This document shows, piece after piece, positions 28,476 to 39,202 of a DNA stretch of 64,000 nucleotides (its first letter is position 1; each line of letters starts with the position of its first letter). The notes under the pieces were generated by a model. It saw nothing but the letters and a program-made list of their open reading frames with translations, searched no databases and was not told the DNA's origin. The stretch covers positions 3,168-67,167 of the forward strand of contig JBOHTB010000013.1 of NCBI GenBank assembly GCA_050733435.1, in the 5' to 3' direction. This DNA is from Gemmatimonadaceae bacterium (GTDB taxonomy: Bacteria; Gemmatimonadota; Gemmatimonadetes; Gemmatimonadales; Gemmatimonadaceae). The position numbers and the translations under genes are program-made.

Positions 28476-31400
28476 ATGCCCAGGACTGAGCAGGCCCCGC
28501 TCGTCGGAAGAGACGCCGAGCTCGCGCTATTGAATCGCACGATCGACGAGGCGGCCGGCGGTGCCGGCCGCACGATCTTCGTAACCGGCGAAGGCGGGAT
28601 CGGGAAGACGCGACTGGTATCAGTTGCCGCGGAGCGCGCCTCGCAGAGAGGGTGGAAGGTCGTCACAGGCAGGTCTTATCCTGTCGAGTCAGGCGTGCCA
28701 TACGCACTTTTCGCCGATGCGCTGCTCCCGGTGGTGCGAAGCCTCGACCAATCGGCGCTGACAGTCCTGACCCGGGGCGGCGCAACGGAGTTGGGTTACA
28801 TCTTTCCGAATCTTGCCAGCCCAACGGAGCGCGAACGTTCTTCGACTGGCGCGGCGCCGTCTGAGCTGAAGGCGCGACTTCTCTGGAATTTTTCGCAGTT
28901 TGTCGGGCGACTCGCGGCTCGGCAACCGCTGCTGATCGTTCTCGAGAATCTGCAATGGGCCGACGCTTCGTCACTCGAGCTTCTGCATTTCGTCGCGAGG
29001 CAGATCGCCGGTCAGAAGGTCGTCGTGCTCGGCACTTACAATGAAACGGAGCGGGATCTGAATCCCATGCTCCGCACTACTGAGCAATCCCTCGTCAAGC
29101 TCGGACTCCTCACGGTCGAGAGACTCGGCGCGCTGGGACAACGAGACGTCGAAGACGTCGTTCAACAAACTTTCGGAATCGACCGCGAGAGCAGCCGCCG
29201 TTTTTCCGCGATGCTTTACGACTGGACTCGCGGGAACCCGTTTTTCGTGGAGGAGACCCTCAAGTCGCTGACTGAATCGGGAGCATTGAGCCAGCGGGGA
29301 GGGCGGTGGATCGGCTGGGACATGGAGAGCCTCGAGCTGCCATTCACGATCCGGGACGCGATTAAAGCTCGCGTCGAGCGACTTTCTGCGAGCGCACGGA
29401 CGTTGGCGAACTTCGCAGCGGTTATCGGGACACGCGCGTCGCACGAGACTCTTGCGGCGGTCGCCGGTTTGAAAGAGAAGGAGCTCATTTCCGATCTCGA
29501 GGAGCTGCTTGCTCAACGAGTGCTCAACGAGACCGGGAGCGTCGATGACATCTGGTACGACTTCACTCATCCGCTGCTGCAGCAGGTGATTTATTCGGAG
29601 CTCGGGCAGGCGCGAGCGCGAAGCCTTCACGCCACTGTTGCGGAGACACTTGAGACCTTCTACGGCAAGGCCGCCCTGGCGCACGCAGACGAGCTCGCGT
29701 TTCACTTCGCCCGCGCGCATTCCCCAACGCTGGGTCGCAAGGCCGTCAAGTACCTGTACGCGGCCGGACAGGCGGCGATTCAGAAGTACGCGAATCGCGA
29801 AGCCGCGAACTACTTGACCGCAGCTCTCGACCACCTCGATCGAGATCCGGAGATCGGCGATCTGTCGCGCGAAGAGATCGTCTCCACACTGGCGCGCACT
29901 CGTCAGCGCCTCGGAGAATACGATGCGGCGATGGAGCTCTGGAAACGGGCTGCCGAAAGCGCCCGGAAGAGTGGACGCACTGATGTTGTTGCCGACATCG
30001 AGCATCGGATGGGACTCGCGTGCTACTGGAGCGGACGATACGCCGATGCTCTCCGACACTACGAGGCGGGACTGTCGGCAGCCGGGCCGGGATCCGATCG
30101 CGCCACGCTGGTGCGACTGCGACTTGCCAAAGGCATTGCGCTCCAGGATCTCGGTCGCCTCTCCGAAGCCCAGGCCGAGGTCGAAGCCGCGCTCGCGGCA
30201 GCCGACCAGGACGACGCACGAAACGATTCGCTGCTCTCGAGGGCGCATCGCGCTTTGTTGCTGCTGTACACGTGGACAGGTCCGCTGGAACTTGCCCGAG
30301 AACACGGCAATAAAGCCATCACACACGCTGAAGCCGCACGCGAACGAATGCTCGAATGGACTGCCCACTGGGGCATGGCGCTCCTCGAGGGAGTTTCAGG
30401 CGATGCGCCGGCGTTTCTCCAACACCTCGAGGCGAGCGACGCACTCGCTGCCCAAATGCATTCCCCGATACTGCCGCTCTGGTCCGCAGAGCTGCGCGTG
30501 CAGTATCACTCGGGAACCGGTGACTGGGACGCGGCGATCGAAATCGCGGAGAGAGCGATTCCGTTGGCAAAAAGTCACAATCAGCGGACACTTCTGCCAC
30601 GACTCTACGTCTGGTCGGGGCTTATTTATCTGTGGCGCGGTGCGGAGGATAAGGCAAAGCAATACTTCGACGAGGGCTGGAAGCTTGCCGGGGCCGAGAA
30701 GGCGGGCTCACTCGAGGGAGCGGGCGAGCGCGCCCTCGATGTTCCGTCGATCGTTCCCGCGCATCTCGGGATGGCGTCGTACCATCTCGCCAAGGGAGAT
30801 GCCGCCGAAGCGGTCAGAGTCGGAGAAGCCGGTCTCGCCATAGCCGATCGGACGGGATACATGGTCTGGGCACTTCAGTGGCTCCTGCCGACGATAGGCG
30901 AAGCGGCGTTGACAGGTCGTCGCTTCAAGACTGCCGAAGCACACCTGCAAAGAATGAGACGTGATGCCGGGCGTCTCAATCATCGTCTGGGCCTCGCGTA
31001 CGCTGATGCGTGCGAGGGACTTCTCGCAAGATTCCGAGATGGCGACCCGGCCCGCGCTATAACACTGCTGCAATCGTCGGTCGACCAACTGGAGGCGCTT
31101 CCGTTTCCCCCGCAAGCGGCGCGCATCCGTCGTCGACTCGCGGGCGCATTTCTCGAAGTTGGCGACCGCGATGAAGCGATGCGACAGCTGCGAAAGTCGC
31201 ACGACATTTTCGCTCGACTCGGCGCGACGGCGGAGCTCGATGGCACCCGCGAAGAAATGCGCGAGCTTGGCTTGAGGCCGCCCCCGAAGGCCATCACCGG
31301 GGGCGTGGCTGGTCTGACGGGAAGAGAGCTCGAGATCGCCCGGATGGTCGCGGCGCGTAAATCAAACAAGGAAATCGGCGCGGCCCTGCAGATATCCGCG

Positions 31401-31505
31401 CGCACGGTCAGCACGCACCTGTCGAACATCTTCGCGAAGCTGAGTGTGGAGTCGAGGGGTGAGCTTGCAGATTACGTGAGGGAGAAGGGACTTTTCGAGA
31501 GCTGA
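28476..31505 (+). CDS. Large ATP-binding LuxR-family regulator (AAA, TPR-like, HTH)
   Basis: GEGGIGKT Walker A, ENLQWAD, GNPFF, C-terminal LTGRELEIA...SNKEIG...TVSTHLSNIFAKL. Confidence 0.9.
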   Translation: MPRTEQAPLVGRDAELALLNRTIDEAAGGAGRTIFVTGEGGIGKTRLVSVAAERASQRGWKVVTGRSYPVESGVPYALFADALLPVVRSLDQSALTVLTRGGATELGYIFPNLASPTERERSSTGAAPSELKARLLWNFSQFVGRLAARQPLLIVLENLQWADASSLELLHFVARQIAGQKVVVLGTYNETERDLNPMLRTTEQSLVKLGLLTVERLGALGQRDVEDVVQQTFGIDRESSRRFSAMLYDWTRGNPFFVEETLKSLTESGALSQRGGRWIGWDMESLELPFTIRDAIKARVERLSASARTLANFAAVIGTRASHETLAAVAGLKEKELISDLEELLAQRVLNETGSVDDIWYDFTHPLLQQVIYSELGQARARSLHATVAETLETFYGKAALAHADELAFHFARAHSPTLGRKAVKYLYAAGQAAIQKYANREAANYLTAALDHLDRDPEIGDLSREEIVSTLARTRQRLGEYDAAMELWKRAAESARKSGRTDVVADIEHRMGLACYWSGRYADALRHYEAGLSAAGPGSDRATLVRLRLAKGIALQDLGRLSEAQAEVEAALAAADQDDARNDSLLSRAHRALLLLYTWTGPLELAREHGNKAITHAEAARERMLEWTAHWGMALLEGVSGDAPAFLQHLEASDALAAQMHSPILPLWSAELRVQYHSGTGDWDAAIEIAERAIPLAKSHNQRTLLPRLYVWSGLIYLWRGAEDKAKQYFDEGWKLAGAEKAGSLEGAGERALDVPSIVPAHLGMASYHLAKGDAAEAVRVGEAGLAIADRTGYMVWALQWLLPTIGEAALTGRRFKTAEAHLQRMRRDAGRLNHRLGLAYADACEGLLARFRDGDPARAITLLQSSVDQLEALPFPPQAARIRRRLAGAFLEVGDRDEAMRQLRKSHDIFARLGATAELDGTREEMRELGLRPPPKAITGGVAGLTGRELEIARMVAARKSNKEIGAALQISARTVSTHLSNIFAKLSVESRGELADYVREKGLFES

Positions 31506-31542
31506 AATCCGGCGCGCACGCTTCGCCGACTAGATTTGCTGA

Positions 31543-33015
31543 ATGATCGAAGACATTCTGGCGGAGCTCGAAGCCGACACGTCGCTCGATGTTGGAAAAC
31601 AATTCGCGGCGCTGACGGCCAGGTACTTCGAGTCGACACGGCGCGGTGACGGCCAGGTATCGACCCCGCACTCAGCGGAGGAGCTCGCGCTTCGGTTCAA
31701 TGAGCCGTTTCCGCGGGACGGCCGGCCGGTGAGGGAGATCATCGCGCGGCTCGAGCGCGACGTCATCGCCGATGCGAACAAGTACTACCATCCGATGTAC
31801 ATGGGGCATCAGACGTCCGCGCCGCTTGCGGTGGGTGTCTGGATGGAGAGCGCGATCGGAGCGCTCAACCAGTCGTTGGCGGTTTGGGAAATGTCTCCGA
31901 CTGCAACGGTGATCGAGCGACAGATTATGAAATGGCTCGGCGGTCTAGCCGGGTACGGCGACGGTGCGGGCGGTACGCTCACCTCTGGTGGAACAGAGGC
32001 GAATTTCACGGCGATGCTGGCGGCGAGAAACGCGGCAATCCCCAACGCGTGGGAGGACGGAGTCGGGCTCGATCCGCCGTTCGTGGTCTACGGCGAGCAC
32101 GCGCATTACGCTGTCACGCGCGCAATCGGCCAACTGGGTCTGGGGCGAAGGAAAGGAATTGCTGTCCCGTCGCGCAATTATCGGCTCGATGTCGACCAGC
32201 TCCTGGTTATTCTCGATCGCCTTCGTGCAGAGGGAAAGAAAGTGATGGCGGTGGTGGCCACCGCCGGAACCACAGCGACCGGGTCATTCGACGATCTCGA
32301 AGCCATCGGTGAGATCTGCGCGGAGAGAGGCCACTGGCTACATGTGGATGGAGCTCATGGCGCAAGTGCGCTTCTGTCGAGCAGGCCACCGCGCGCGCTT
32401 CGTGGCTTGCGGCACTCCAGGTCGCTAGCGTGGGATCCGCACAAGATGATGTTGCTTCCTCTCGCGGCGGGCATGGTGCTCACACGCGATGAGGGTGACC
32501 TCGATCGCGCTTTTGCGCAGGCAGCGCCGTATCTCTTCCACGGCGGAAAGTCGGTGGCGGTCATCGATCAGGGAGTGCGCAGCTTTCAATGCTCACGGAG
32601 AGCAGACGTTTTGAAGCTCTGGTTCGTGATGCAGCGCTTCGGGTCGAGCGGACTTGGCGGGCTATACGATCATCTTTGCGCCACCGCGCGAATGCTGTAC
32701 GACGCGATCGAGGAGAGAGAAGATTTCCAGAATCTTCACGAGCCGGAATCGAACATACTGTGCTTCAGATACGTCGGCCCGGATTTCTCATCACGTGCGC
32801 ATCGCGGAGACGACGATCTCAAACGAATCGATGCGCTTAATCGGGAGCTGCGAGCGCGATACAACCGCGAGGGAACAGGCTGGATCACGGCAACGACGCT
32901 CGATGGGCGGGCTGTGCTTAGAGTCACAATGATGAATGCGCGGACGGGCGCGGAGCACGTCCATGCTCTCCTGGATGGATTGAGCGCAAAAGCGAAAGAG
33001 ATTGTCGCGGGATGA
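31543..33015 (+). CDS. Group II PLP-dependent amino acid decarboxylase
   Basis: SGGTEAN, AGTTATGSFD, WLHVDGAHG, WDPHK (PLP lysine). Confidence 0.9.
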   Translation: MIEDILAELEADTSLDVGKQFAALTARYFESTRRGDGQVSTPHSAEELALRFNEPFPRDGRPVREIIARLERDVIADANKYYHPMYMGHQTSAPLAVGVWMESAIGALNQSLAVWEMSPTATVIERQIMKWLGGLAGYGDGAGGTLTSGGTEANFTAMLAARNAAIPNAWEDGVGLDPPFVVYGEHAHYAVTRAIGQLGLGRRKGIAVPSRNYRLDVDQLLVILDRLRAEGKKVMAVVATAGTTATGSFDDLEAIGEICAERGHWLHVDGAHGASALLSSRPPRALRGLRHSRSLAWDPHKMMLLPLAAGMVLTRDEGDLDRAFAQAAPYLFHGGKSVAVIDQGVRSFQCSRRADVLKLWFVMQRFGSSGLGGLYDHLCATARMLYDAIEEREDFQNLHEPESNILCFRYVGPDFSSRAHRGDDDLKRIDALNRELRARYNREGTGWITATTLDGRAVLRVTMMNARTGAEHVHALLDGLSAKAKEIVAG

Positions 33016-33016
33016 G

Positions 33017-33065
33017 GCGGGAGGCGGGAGGCGGGAAGCGGGAGGCGGGAAGCGGGAAGCGGGAA
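33017..33065 (+). repeat. 7 x GCGGGA(A/G) heptamer tandem repeat
   Basis: Read directly from the sequence. Confidence 0.95.
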
Positions 33066-33069
33066 GCCG

Positions 33070-33126
33070 CGCGGCATGCGATGCGGCGCGGCATGCGATG
33101 CGCCGCGGCATGCGATGCGCCGCGGC
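33070..33126 (+). repeat. About 3.3 x 17-bp tandem repeat CGCGGCATGCGATGCG(C/G)
   Basis: Units start at 33070, 33087 and 33104, with a partial unit at 33121. Confidence 0.93.
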
Positions 33127-33128
33127 TG

Positions 33129-34355
33129 CTACACTCCGAATTCCACCGCAAGTCGCTCGTGCCCTGCCCATGCTATGATCGCGGCCAAGAGAAAAACCGT
33201 GAGTGCCACGATCGCCATGGAGTGCGCGTAGCTCGTACGCGCCGCGAGCAACGCCTCGAGGTATCCCACTGAGCTGGCGAGGAGTACTCCGCACTGATAG
33301 GCGAAGCCAGGTAGAAAACCTCGCACTGAGTCCGGTGACAGCTCGCTGATGTGAGCGGGAATCACGCCCCACGCTCCCTGAACCATGAACTGCATCGCGA
33401 AAGCGCCGATCACGAGGCCGACGACTGATTGTGAAAATGCCCAGAGCGGAATCATCACGATCGCGAGAACGAGCGCGAGCACGATCGACCGCCGACGACC
33501 GACTCTGTCGGAGAGAAATCCAAAACTGATCCCGCCGACAATGGCACCAATCATGGAGAACGCCGTCAGGGCGGCGCGACCTCGCGGCGAAAATCCCCAG
33601 TCACGCTGAAGAAAAGTCGGATACATGTCCTGCGTGCCGTGCGAGACGAAGTTCATTCCCGCCATCAAGACCGTCAGGTAAAGAAACAGCTTCCAGTGCG
33701 AGACAATTCCTCGGCCGAGGCTGCTCCAGTCCTTGTGTCGCGTCCGCTCCCACACTTCCGATTCGTGGACGCGGTATCGCACGAACAGCGCGAGCAGCGC
33801 GGGCACTCCGCCGATGAAGAACAGCGGTCTCCAGCCCCAATGCGGAAAAATGAAAAAGTAGCAGACCGCTGCGAGGAGGTAACCGGTCGCGTAGCCTTCC
33901 TGCAGCAGGCCGGAAAGAATCCCGCGTTTTCCTGACGGCGCTTTCTCCATCGCCAGCGAGGCGCCGACTCCCCATTCGCCTCCCATTCCGATTCCAAAGA
34001 GCGCGCGCAGCAGGAAAAACGTCGCGTAGTTGGGCGCAAAACCGGAGAGTACTTCTACGATCGAAAAGAAGACGAGATCGATCATGAGCGGCAGCTTCCG
34101 CCCGTAACGATCCGCCATCAGCCCAAAAATGAACGCGCCGACCGGCCGAAACGCGAGCGTCGCGGTAATCGTGAGCGCCATCTCGGCGTCGCTCTTCTGG
34201 AAATCTTTTGCAATCGCCGTCAGGGTGAAGACGACGAGAAAGAAATCAAATGCGTCGAGGGTCCAACCGAGGAAGCTGGCAAAGACCGCGGCCCTGTGTC
34301 CGCGCGGAGCCGCGCGCGCGATTGACGACGGGCTCAGTGCGTCGACGGTTGCCAT
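33129..34355 (-). CDS. MFS transporter, sialate/carboxylate (JEN/SHS-like) family
   Basis: GWTLDAFDFF, ADRYGRK, GIGMGGEWG, SHGTQDMYPTFL. Confidence 0.88.
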   Translation of the reverse strand: MATVDALSPSSIARAAPRGHRAAVFASFLGWTLDAFDFFLVVFTLTAIAKDFQKSDAEMALTITATLAFRPVGAFIFGLMADRYGRKLPLMIDLVFFSIVEVLSGFAPNYATFFLLRALFGIGMGGEWGVGASLAMEKAPSGKRGILSGLLQEGYATGYLLAAVCYFFIFPHWGWRPLFFIGGVPALLALFVRYRVHESEVWERTRHKDWSSLGRGIVSHWKLFLYLTVLMAGMNFVSHGTQDMYPTFLQRDWGFSPRGRAALTAFSMIGAIVGGISFGFLSDRVGRRRSIVLALVLAIVMIPLWAFSQSVVGLVIGAFAMQFMVQGAWGVIPAHISELSPDSVRGFLPGFAYQCGVLLASSVGYLEALLAARTSYAHSMAIVALTVFLLAAIIAWAGHERLAVEFGV

Positions 34356-34391
34356 GCGCCAATATGGTCGAACCCAACTTAGTTTTCCATT

Positions 34392-35066
34392 ATGAGAGAA
34401 CAGCTTCTTATCGCGGTGCTCGTTGCCGGGTGTGCTCCGGCCTCGCGCGCAATCCAAACTGCACCAGCTGTCAACACCGCGGAAACGGCGATCGCTCCGG
34501 ACGCGGTTGCGGACACGCTTCTCGCCGACGTACGGTCGTTCGATTCCACGATTGTGGTGGACCTGCGCTACGCCACGTCAAACAACTTTACTGGCGCGCC
34601 GCTGCCCGGCTATCTCGCCAATCACGCGTATCTGCGCCGTGAAGCGGCGCCCGCTCTCGCACGCGTTCAGCGGGATCTGAAGCCACAGGGCCTCGGCCTC
34701 AAGATCTTCGACGCGTACCGGCCCGTGCGCGCGACTCTCGCGATGGTAGACTGGACAAAGCGCGTCAACCGTCCTGACCTGCTCAGCGATGGTTATATCG
34801 CCAGCCGGTCGCGACACAACCTCGGTCTCGCTGTAGATCTCACCCTCATCGACCTCGCCACGGGGCGCGAGCTCGAGATGGGAACGCCCTTCGATACTTT
34901 CTCGTCAGCCGCTCACACCGCGAACGCGACGGGTCTGGCGGCGGCCAACCGCCAGAAGCTGAAGGCGGCGATGGAGGCGGAAGGATTTCTGAATTACGAT
35001 CAGGAATGGTGGCACTACACCTTCAACGTGCCGAATCCTCTGCGCTTCGACCGTCCGATCCTGTAG
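34392..35066 (+). CDS. D-Ala-D-Ala dipeptidase (VanX/DdpX, M15) with lipoprotein-like signal
   Basis: DAYRP, SRHNLGLAVD, EWWH; LVAGC lipobox-like sequence. Confidence 0.9.
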   Translation: MREQLLIAVLVAGCAPASRAIQTAPAVNTAETAIAPDAVADTLLADVRSFDSTIVVDLRYATSNNFTGAPLPGYLANHAYLRREAAPALARVQRDLKPQGLGLKIFDAYRPVRATLAMVDWTKRVNRPDLLSDGYIASRSRHNLGLAVDLTLIDLATGRELEMGTPFDTFSSAAHTANATGLAAANRQKLKAAMEAEGFLNYDQEWWHYTFNVPNPLRFDRPIL

Positions 35067-36321
35067 CCGGAGTCGCACGCCGGGACATTATTTTTTCCTC
35101 GTCTTCCGTGCGTCTCGTTGGCATGGAGAAATAGAAAACCGTTCCCTCATCGGGGAAGTCAGCCCACGCCCGGCCACCCATGGCCGCGATCGTCTCTCGC
35201 ACGATGCTCAACCCGAGGCCGGTTCCATCTATGCCCGCCTCCGAGGCCTCGTGAGCGCGGAAGAAGCGCTGGAAGAGTCGCGACCGCTTGTCGAGGGGAA
35301 CACCAAGACCGTTGTCCCGAACCTCCACCACGGTTTCCTGACCGGCCGCGTCCCCGCGAGCTCTCACCGTTGCGCTGACCTCTACCCAGCGCTTCTCCTT
35401 CCTGGAATCGGAGTACTTGATGGCGTTCGCAAGCAGGTTGGATAAACAGAGCTCGAAGGCAGCCGCGCTGACGTCGACAGCCGGAAGGTCGGGCGCGAGT
35501 CGAATCTCGACTCCACGACTTCGGGCGGTTTCACGTAGCTGGCGCGCGACTTCAGCGGCTGCTTTCGGGAGCTGGACGTGACGCGATCGCCGCGCGTCTT
35601 CGTCGAGACGCGACAACTCGACGAGATTCTCGAGCGCGACCTTCATGCTGGCAGAATTGCGCACGATGACTGAGACCATTGTCCGCTGCTGCTCCTCCGA
35701 CGTATTCGCAAGCTCGAGGATTTCCGCCGCGCCACCAATCGTACCGATCAGGTTTCTCAGCTCGTGGCTGAGTGCGCGGTTGAACGCGCGCAACCGTTGC
35801 TCGCGCTCGCTCAGGCGCTCCTTGACGAGACTCAGATAGTGGGTGAGGGTTGCCTGTTGAATTAGCGCTACCGCCAGAAATAGCCTGTGCGCGCAGGCCA
35901 GCAGCTCCCCTCGACTGCATGGCTCGTCGATTCCGTCGGCGATGCGCGAGAGAAAGGAGAACAAAACGCCGCCGAAGATCTCGTATTCCTTCAGGAGCTG
36001 GTACTCATCGAAGCCTTGGGAAAACCTGAGCTCTCCGAGCTCCATCGCCTTTGCGATGACGGGAATCTCCGCCAGAATCACCTTTTCCGGATTTTCGATG
36101 TAGTCAGCAATGCCAAGAATGAGGAGAGGGACATGGTCGAGAAGCGCATCCGTCGGGAAAATCCGATTGGGGTCGAGGCTGACGCGGGCGCTAATCCGGT
36201 CGAGCCAGCGCTGCGTCAGGTCATGGCTGCTTTCGCGCATTCGATCCGCCAGAACCTTGGCTAGGATACAGTTCTCGAGTGGGTCCAGCTCCGAATTCTC
36301 CTGCGGCGGCAGGGTGTCCAT
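35023..36321 (-). CDS. Cytoplasmic histidine kinase with RsbRD_N-like helical N-terminus
   Basis: SHELRN, NAIKY, DNGLG, GTGLGL. Confidence 0.88.
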   Translation of the reverse strand: MDTLPPQENSELDPLENCILAKVLADRMRESSHDLTQRWLDRISARVSLDPNRIFPTDALLDHVPLLILGIADYIENPEKVILAEIPVIAKAMELGELRFSQGFDEYQLLKEYEIFGGVLFSFLSRIADGIDEPCSRGELLACAHRLFLAVALIQQATLTHYLSLVKERLSEREQRLRAFNRALSHELRNLIGTIGGAAEILELANTSEEQQRTMVSVIVRNSASMKVALENLVELSRLDEDARRSRHVQLPKAAAEVARQLRETARSRGVEIRLAPDLPAVDVSAAAFELCLSNLLANAIKYSDSRKEKRWVEVSATVRARGDAAGQETVVEVRDNGLGVPLDKRSRLFQRFFRAHEASEAGIDGTGLGLSIVRETIAAMGGRAWADFPDEGTVFYFSMPTRRTEDEEKIMSRRATPATGSDGRSAEDSAR

Positions 36322-36401
36322 AGTGCCTCCCTGGCGATACGTCGTGCGGCTCAACAACGCAAATTAGGCTCCGTTCCCGCCAGTGCGCCGATTCCCGGAC
36401 C

Positions 36402-36425
36402 TTGACATAGGGGAGGGGGGTATGT
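36402..36425 (+). promoter_or_regulatory. copA promoter -35 (TTGACA) overlapping a putative CsoR operator
   Basis: ACATA-GGGGAGGGGGG-TATGT: AT-rich inverted arms around a G tract, as in CsoR/RcnR-type sites. Confidence 0.6.
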
Positions 36426-36476
36426 GCAGATTGCAAACGCAACCCTGCAGTACATTGCCCAGTCAGGAGCACGCAC

Positions 36477-38729
36477 GTGCCCGCTCACTCTGAACCGGAA
36501 ACGAATAGCTCGGTCACCTTTCCCGTAATGGGAATGACGTGCGCCGCCTGCCAGTCGAGAGTGCAGCGCGCGCTAGCGGGTCAGCCCGGCGTGATCGACG
36601 CTTCGGTCAATCTCCTGACCGCCAGCGCAGCGGTGCGCTACGACCCGGGTGCCATAGACCCCGCGCGGTTGGTACAGGCGGTTCGCGCGACCGGCTACGA
36701 AGCCGAGCTGCCGGTTCAATTGGAACCGGCCGGACAGACTCTCGAGCGGAGGACAGAGCTGGCCGACGAAGAAGCGCGAGGACTCGCAATCAAGGCGACC
36801 GTGAGCGTCGCTGCGGGCATTTTGGCGCTGGCGCTCTCAATGGTTTCCGCAGCCAGCGGTCTCGTGAACTACACGTTGCTCACGCTCACTTCGGTCATCC
36901 TGGTCTGGGCTGGACGGGATATTTACAGGCGCGCGTGGAGCGCCGTCCGGCACGGGGGCGCCGACATGAACACCCTCGTGGCACTGGGCACCGGCGCCGC
37001 TTTCATCTATTCGTTCGTCGCTACCGTCTGGCCGAGCGTGCTTACCCGAAGCGGAATTGCGCCGAACGTCTACTACGAGGCGGTAATCTTCATCCTCGGT
37101 CTCGTGCTCGCGGGACGGGCCATCGAGGCCACGGCTCGACGGAAAACCTCTGACGCCTTGCGCAGGCTCGTGACCCTTCTTCCACCGACGGCGCGGGTCC
37201 AGGAGGGCGGCACGGACAGTTGGATTGAAAAACCGCTCGCGGCAGTTGTTCGCGGCGATCTCCTCGCTGTCCGCCCTGGAGAGCGCATCCCGGTGGATGG
37301 AGTTATCGCCGACGGAGAAAGCGACGTCGACGAATCGATGCTCACCGGAGAACCGCTGCCGGTTGCGAAGGGCAAGGGAGATCAGGTTGTGGGAGGGACG
37401 GTCAACACCACTGGCGCGTTCCGGTACCGCGCCACGAGCGTCGGTGCGGAGAGCGTACTCGCGCGCATTGTCGCGTTGATGGAAGAGGCCCAGAGCTCCC
37501 GCGCGCCAATCCAGCGCCTCGCAGACAAAGTGAGCGCGGTCTTCGTTCCCAGCGTGCTCGCTATCGCGATCGTCACTTTCATTATCTGGTATGTGGCAGC
37601 GGGGCCAGGTCAACTATCGCACGCGATAGTAGCAGCAGTGTCGGTGCTGATCATCGCCTGCCCTTGTGCAATGGGCCTCGCTGTTCCAACAGCCGTGATG
37701 GTCGCGACCGGCCGGGGTGCCGAGCTGGGGCTGTTGATCAAGGGCGGAGAGATTCTGCAGAGGGCGGGCGACGTCAACACGGTCGTTCTCGATAAAACAG
37801 GGACAGTCACCGCCGGCGTCCCGGCGCTGGCTCGAGTGATTCCGCTCGGCTCTCTGGGCGAGGCGGAGATTCTGAGCTATGCGACCGCGGTGGAGCGCCA
37901 CTCGGAGCATCCGGTCGCGGCGGCCATTGTCCGCGCGGGCGGAGCGAGCTCCTCGACTGCGGCGGTCACCGAGTTCCGATCCCATACGGGGAGCGGCGTT
38001 ACAGGAAAGGTTGGCGGACGCGAAGTCGCCGTGGGAAACGCACAATTAATGTCGACGTTGGGCATCGGCGTCGACACAATAGATAGAGGTCGCCACGAAG
38101 TCGCGCCGCCCGGATCGAGCGAGCTCTACGTCGCAGTCGATCGGCGGATCGCGGGGACGCTCGTTGTTTCAGACTCGCTCCGACCGTCATCTCATGAAGC
38201 TGTGCGCCGGCTCAAGGAGATGGGCATCGACGTGGTGCTCCTGAGCGGAGACCGAAAAGCGCCAACTGAGTCGATTGGGAGACAGGTCGGAATCAGCACG
38301 GTAGTCGCGGAGGTTCTTCCAAATCAGAAGGTGGATGAAATCCGGCGACTCCAGCGCGAGGGGCGAGTCGTCGCGATGGTGGGCGACGGGATCAACGATG
38401 CGCCTGCGCTCGCTCAAGCAGATGTCGGCATATCGATGCCGAGGGGAACCGACATCGCCATAGAAGCGAGCGACATCGCTCTCATCCGCGGGGATCTGCG
38501 CGGGGTGTCGAGCGCGGTCGCTCTATCGCGAAAGACAATGGCGACGATGAAACAGAATCTGTTCTGGGCGTTCGTGTACAACGTGATCGGAATCCCTATC
38601 GCTGCCGGGGCGCTCTATCCGCTCACGCGTCTGATGTTGAATCCCATCATAGCGAGCGCTGCGATGGCACTGAGCTCTGTGAGCGTTGTCGCCAATAGCT
38701 TGAGACTGCGCAATGCACGCGTCGCATAG
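36477..38729 (+). CDS. copA: Copper-translocating P1B-type ATPase
   Basis: [32 protein letters not shown] and MALSS. Confidence 0.95.
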   Translation: MPAHSEPETNSSVTFPVMGMTCAACQSRVQRALAGQPGVIDASVNLLTASAAVRYDPGAIDPARLVQAVRATGYEAELPVQLEPAGQTLERRTELADEEARGLAIKATVSVAAGILALALSMVSAASGLVNYTLLTLTSVILVWAGRDIYRRAWSAVRHGGADMNTLVALGTGAAFIYSFVATVWPSVLTRSGIAPNVYYEAVIFILGLVLAGRAIEATARRKTSDALRRLVTLLPPTARVQEGGTDSWIEKPLAAVVRGDLLAVRPGERIPVDGVIADGESDVDESMLTGEPLPVAKGKGDQVVGGTVNTTGAFRYRATSVGAESVLARIVALMEEAQSSRAPIQRLADKVSAVFVPSVLAIAIVTFIIWYVAAGPGQLSHAIVAAVSVLIIACPCAMGLAVPTAVMVATGRGAELGLLIKGGEILQRAGDVNTVVLDKTGTVTAGVPALARVIPLGSLGEAEILSYATAVERHSEHPVAAAIVRAGGASSSTAAVTEFRSHTGSGVTGKVGGREVAVGNAQLMSTLGIGVDTIDRGRHEVAPPGSSELYVAVDRRIAGTLVVSDSLRPSSHEAVRRLKEMGIDVVLLSGDRKAPTESIGRQVGISTVVAEVLPNQKVDEIRRLQREGRVVAMVGDGINDAPALAQADVGISMPRGTDIAIEASDIALIRGDLRGVSSAVALSRKTMATMKQNLFWAFVYNVIGIPIAAGALYPLTRLMLNPIIASAAMALSSVSVVANSLRLRNARVA

Positions 38730-38738
38730 GAGGATCTG

Positions 38739-39116
38739 ATGGCTGGCGATTCCAGGCGCAACGAGCGGGTCCCTGTGATTCCAGGGACCGCCGAATGCGG
38801 ATGCGGTGTGCGCGATTCCGTCGGCTCCAGAAAAGCCGTCGAAGTCGACCCGGACGTGAAATTGCGAAACCTCAAACGGTTGCGCCGGATCGAGGGTCAG
38901 GTCCGCGGACTCCAGAAGATGATCGAGGGCGATCGGTACTGCGCCGACATCCTGACACAAGTCTCTTCTGTGCACGAGGCGCTTCGCAGCGTGAGCCGCG
39001 AGTTAATGAGGAACCACCTGAAGCATTGCGCGACCGGAGCTATCCGCGCCGGGGGACAGCAGGCGGACACGATGTACGACGAGCTCGTCGACCTGATGTA
39101 CACCCACAGCCGGTGA
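38739..39116 (+). CDS. csoR: CsoR-family metal-sensing repressor
   Basis: RLRRIEGQVRGL...RYCADILTQ...HLKHC; follows copA. Confidence 0.92.
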   Translation: MAGDSRRNERVPVIPGTAECGCGVRDSVGSRKAVEVDPDVKLRNLKRLRRIEGQVRGLQKMIEGDRYCADILTQVSSVHEALRSVSRELMRNHLKHCATGAIRAGGQQADTMYDELVDLMYTHSR

Positions 39117-39162
39117 AACTCGCGTTGCGGCGGTACACCCACGAAGTTGAAACCTCGCGCTC

Positions 39163-39195
39163 TTGCCTTCGTATTGTACTAATGTTATAGTACAA
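39163..39195 (+). promoter_or_regulatory. Sigma70 promoter overlapped by a GntR operator palindrome
   Basis: TTGCCT-17-TATAGT; perfect inverted repeat TTGTACTA-N6-TAGTACAA at 39174-39195. Confidence 0.72.
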
Positions 39196-39202
39196 GCGCA
39201 CA

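Noticed and set aside
33070..33126. Possible CRISPR array (also the repeat at 45378-45438)
   Set aside because: The units are tandem, lack unique spacers of CRISPR length, and no cas genes are present.
33012..33272. ORFs made of REAGSGK/ASRFPLP repeats (also 48505-48860)
   Set aside because: They are translations of the heptamer DNA repeats.
24675..35066. Antibiotic resistance island (erythromycin esterase family, VanX-like)
   Set aside because: There is no vanHA/vanRS or mobile context; both families have widespread non-resistance members.
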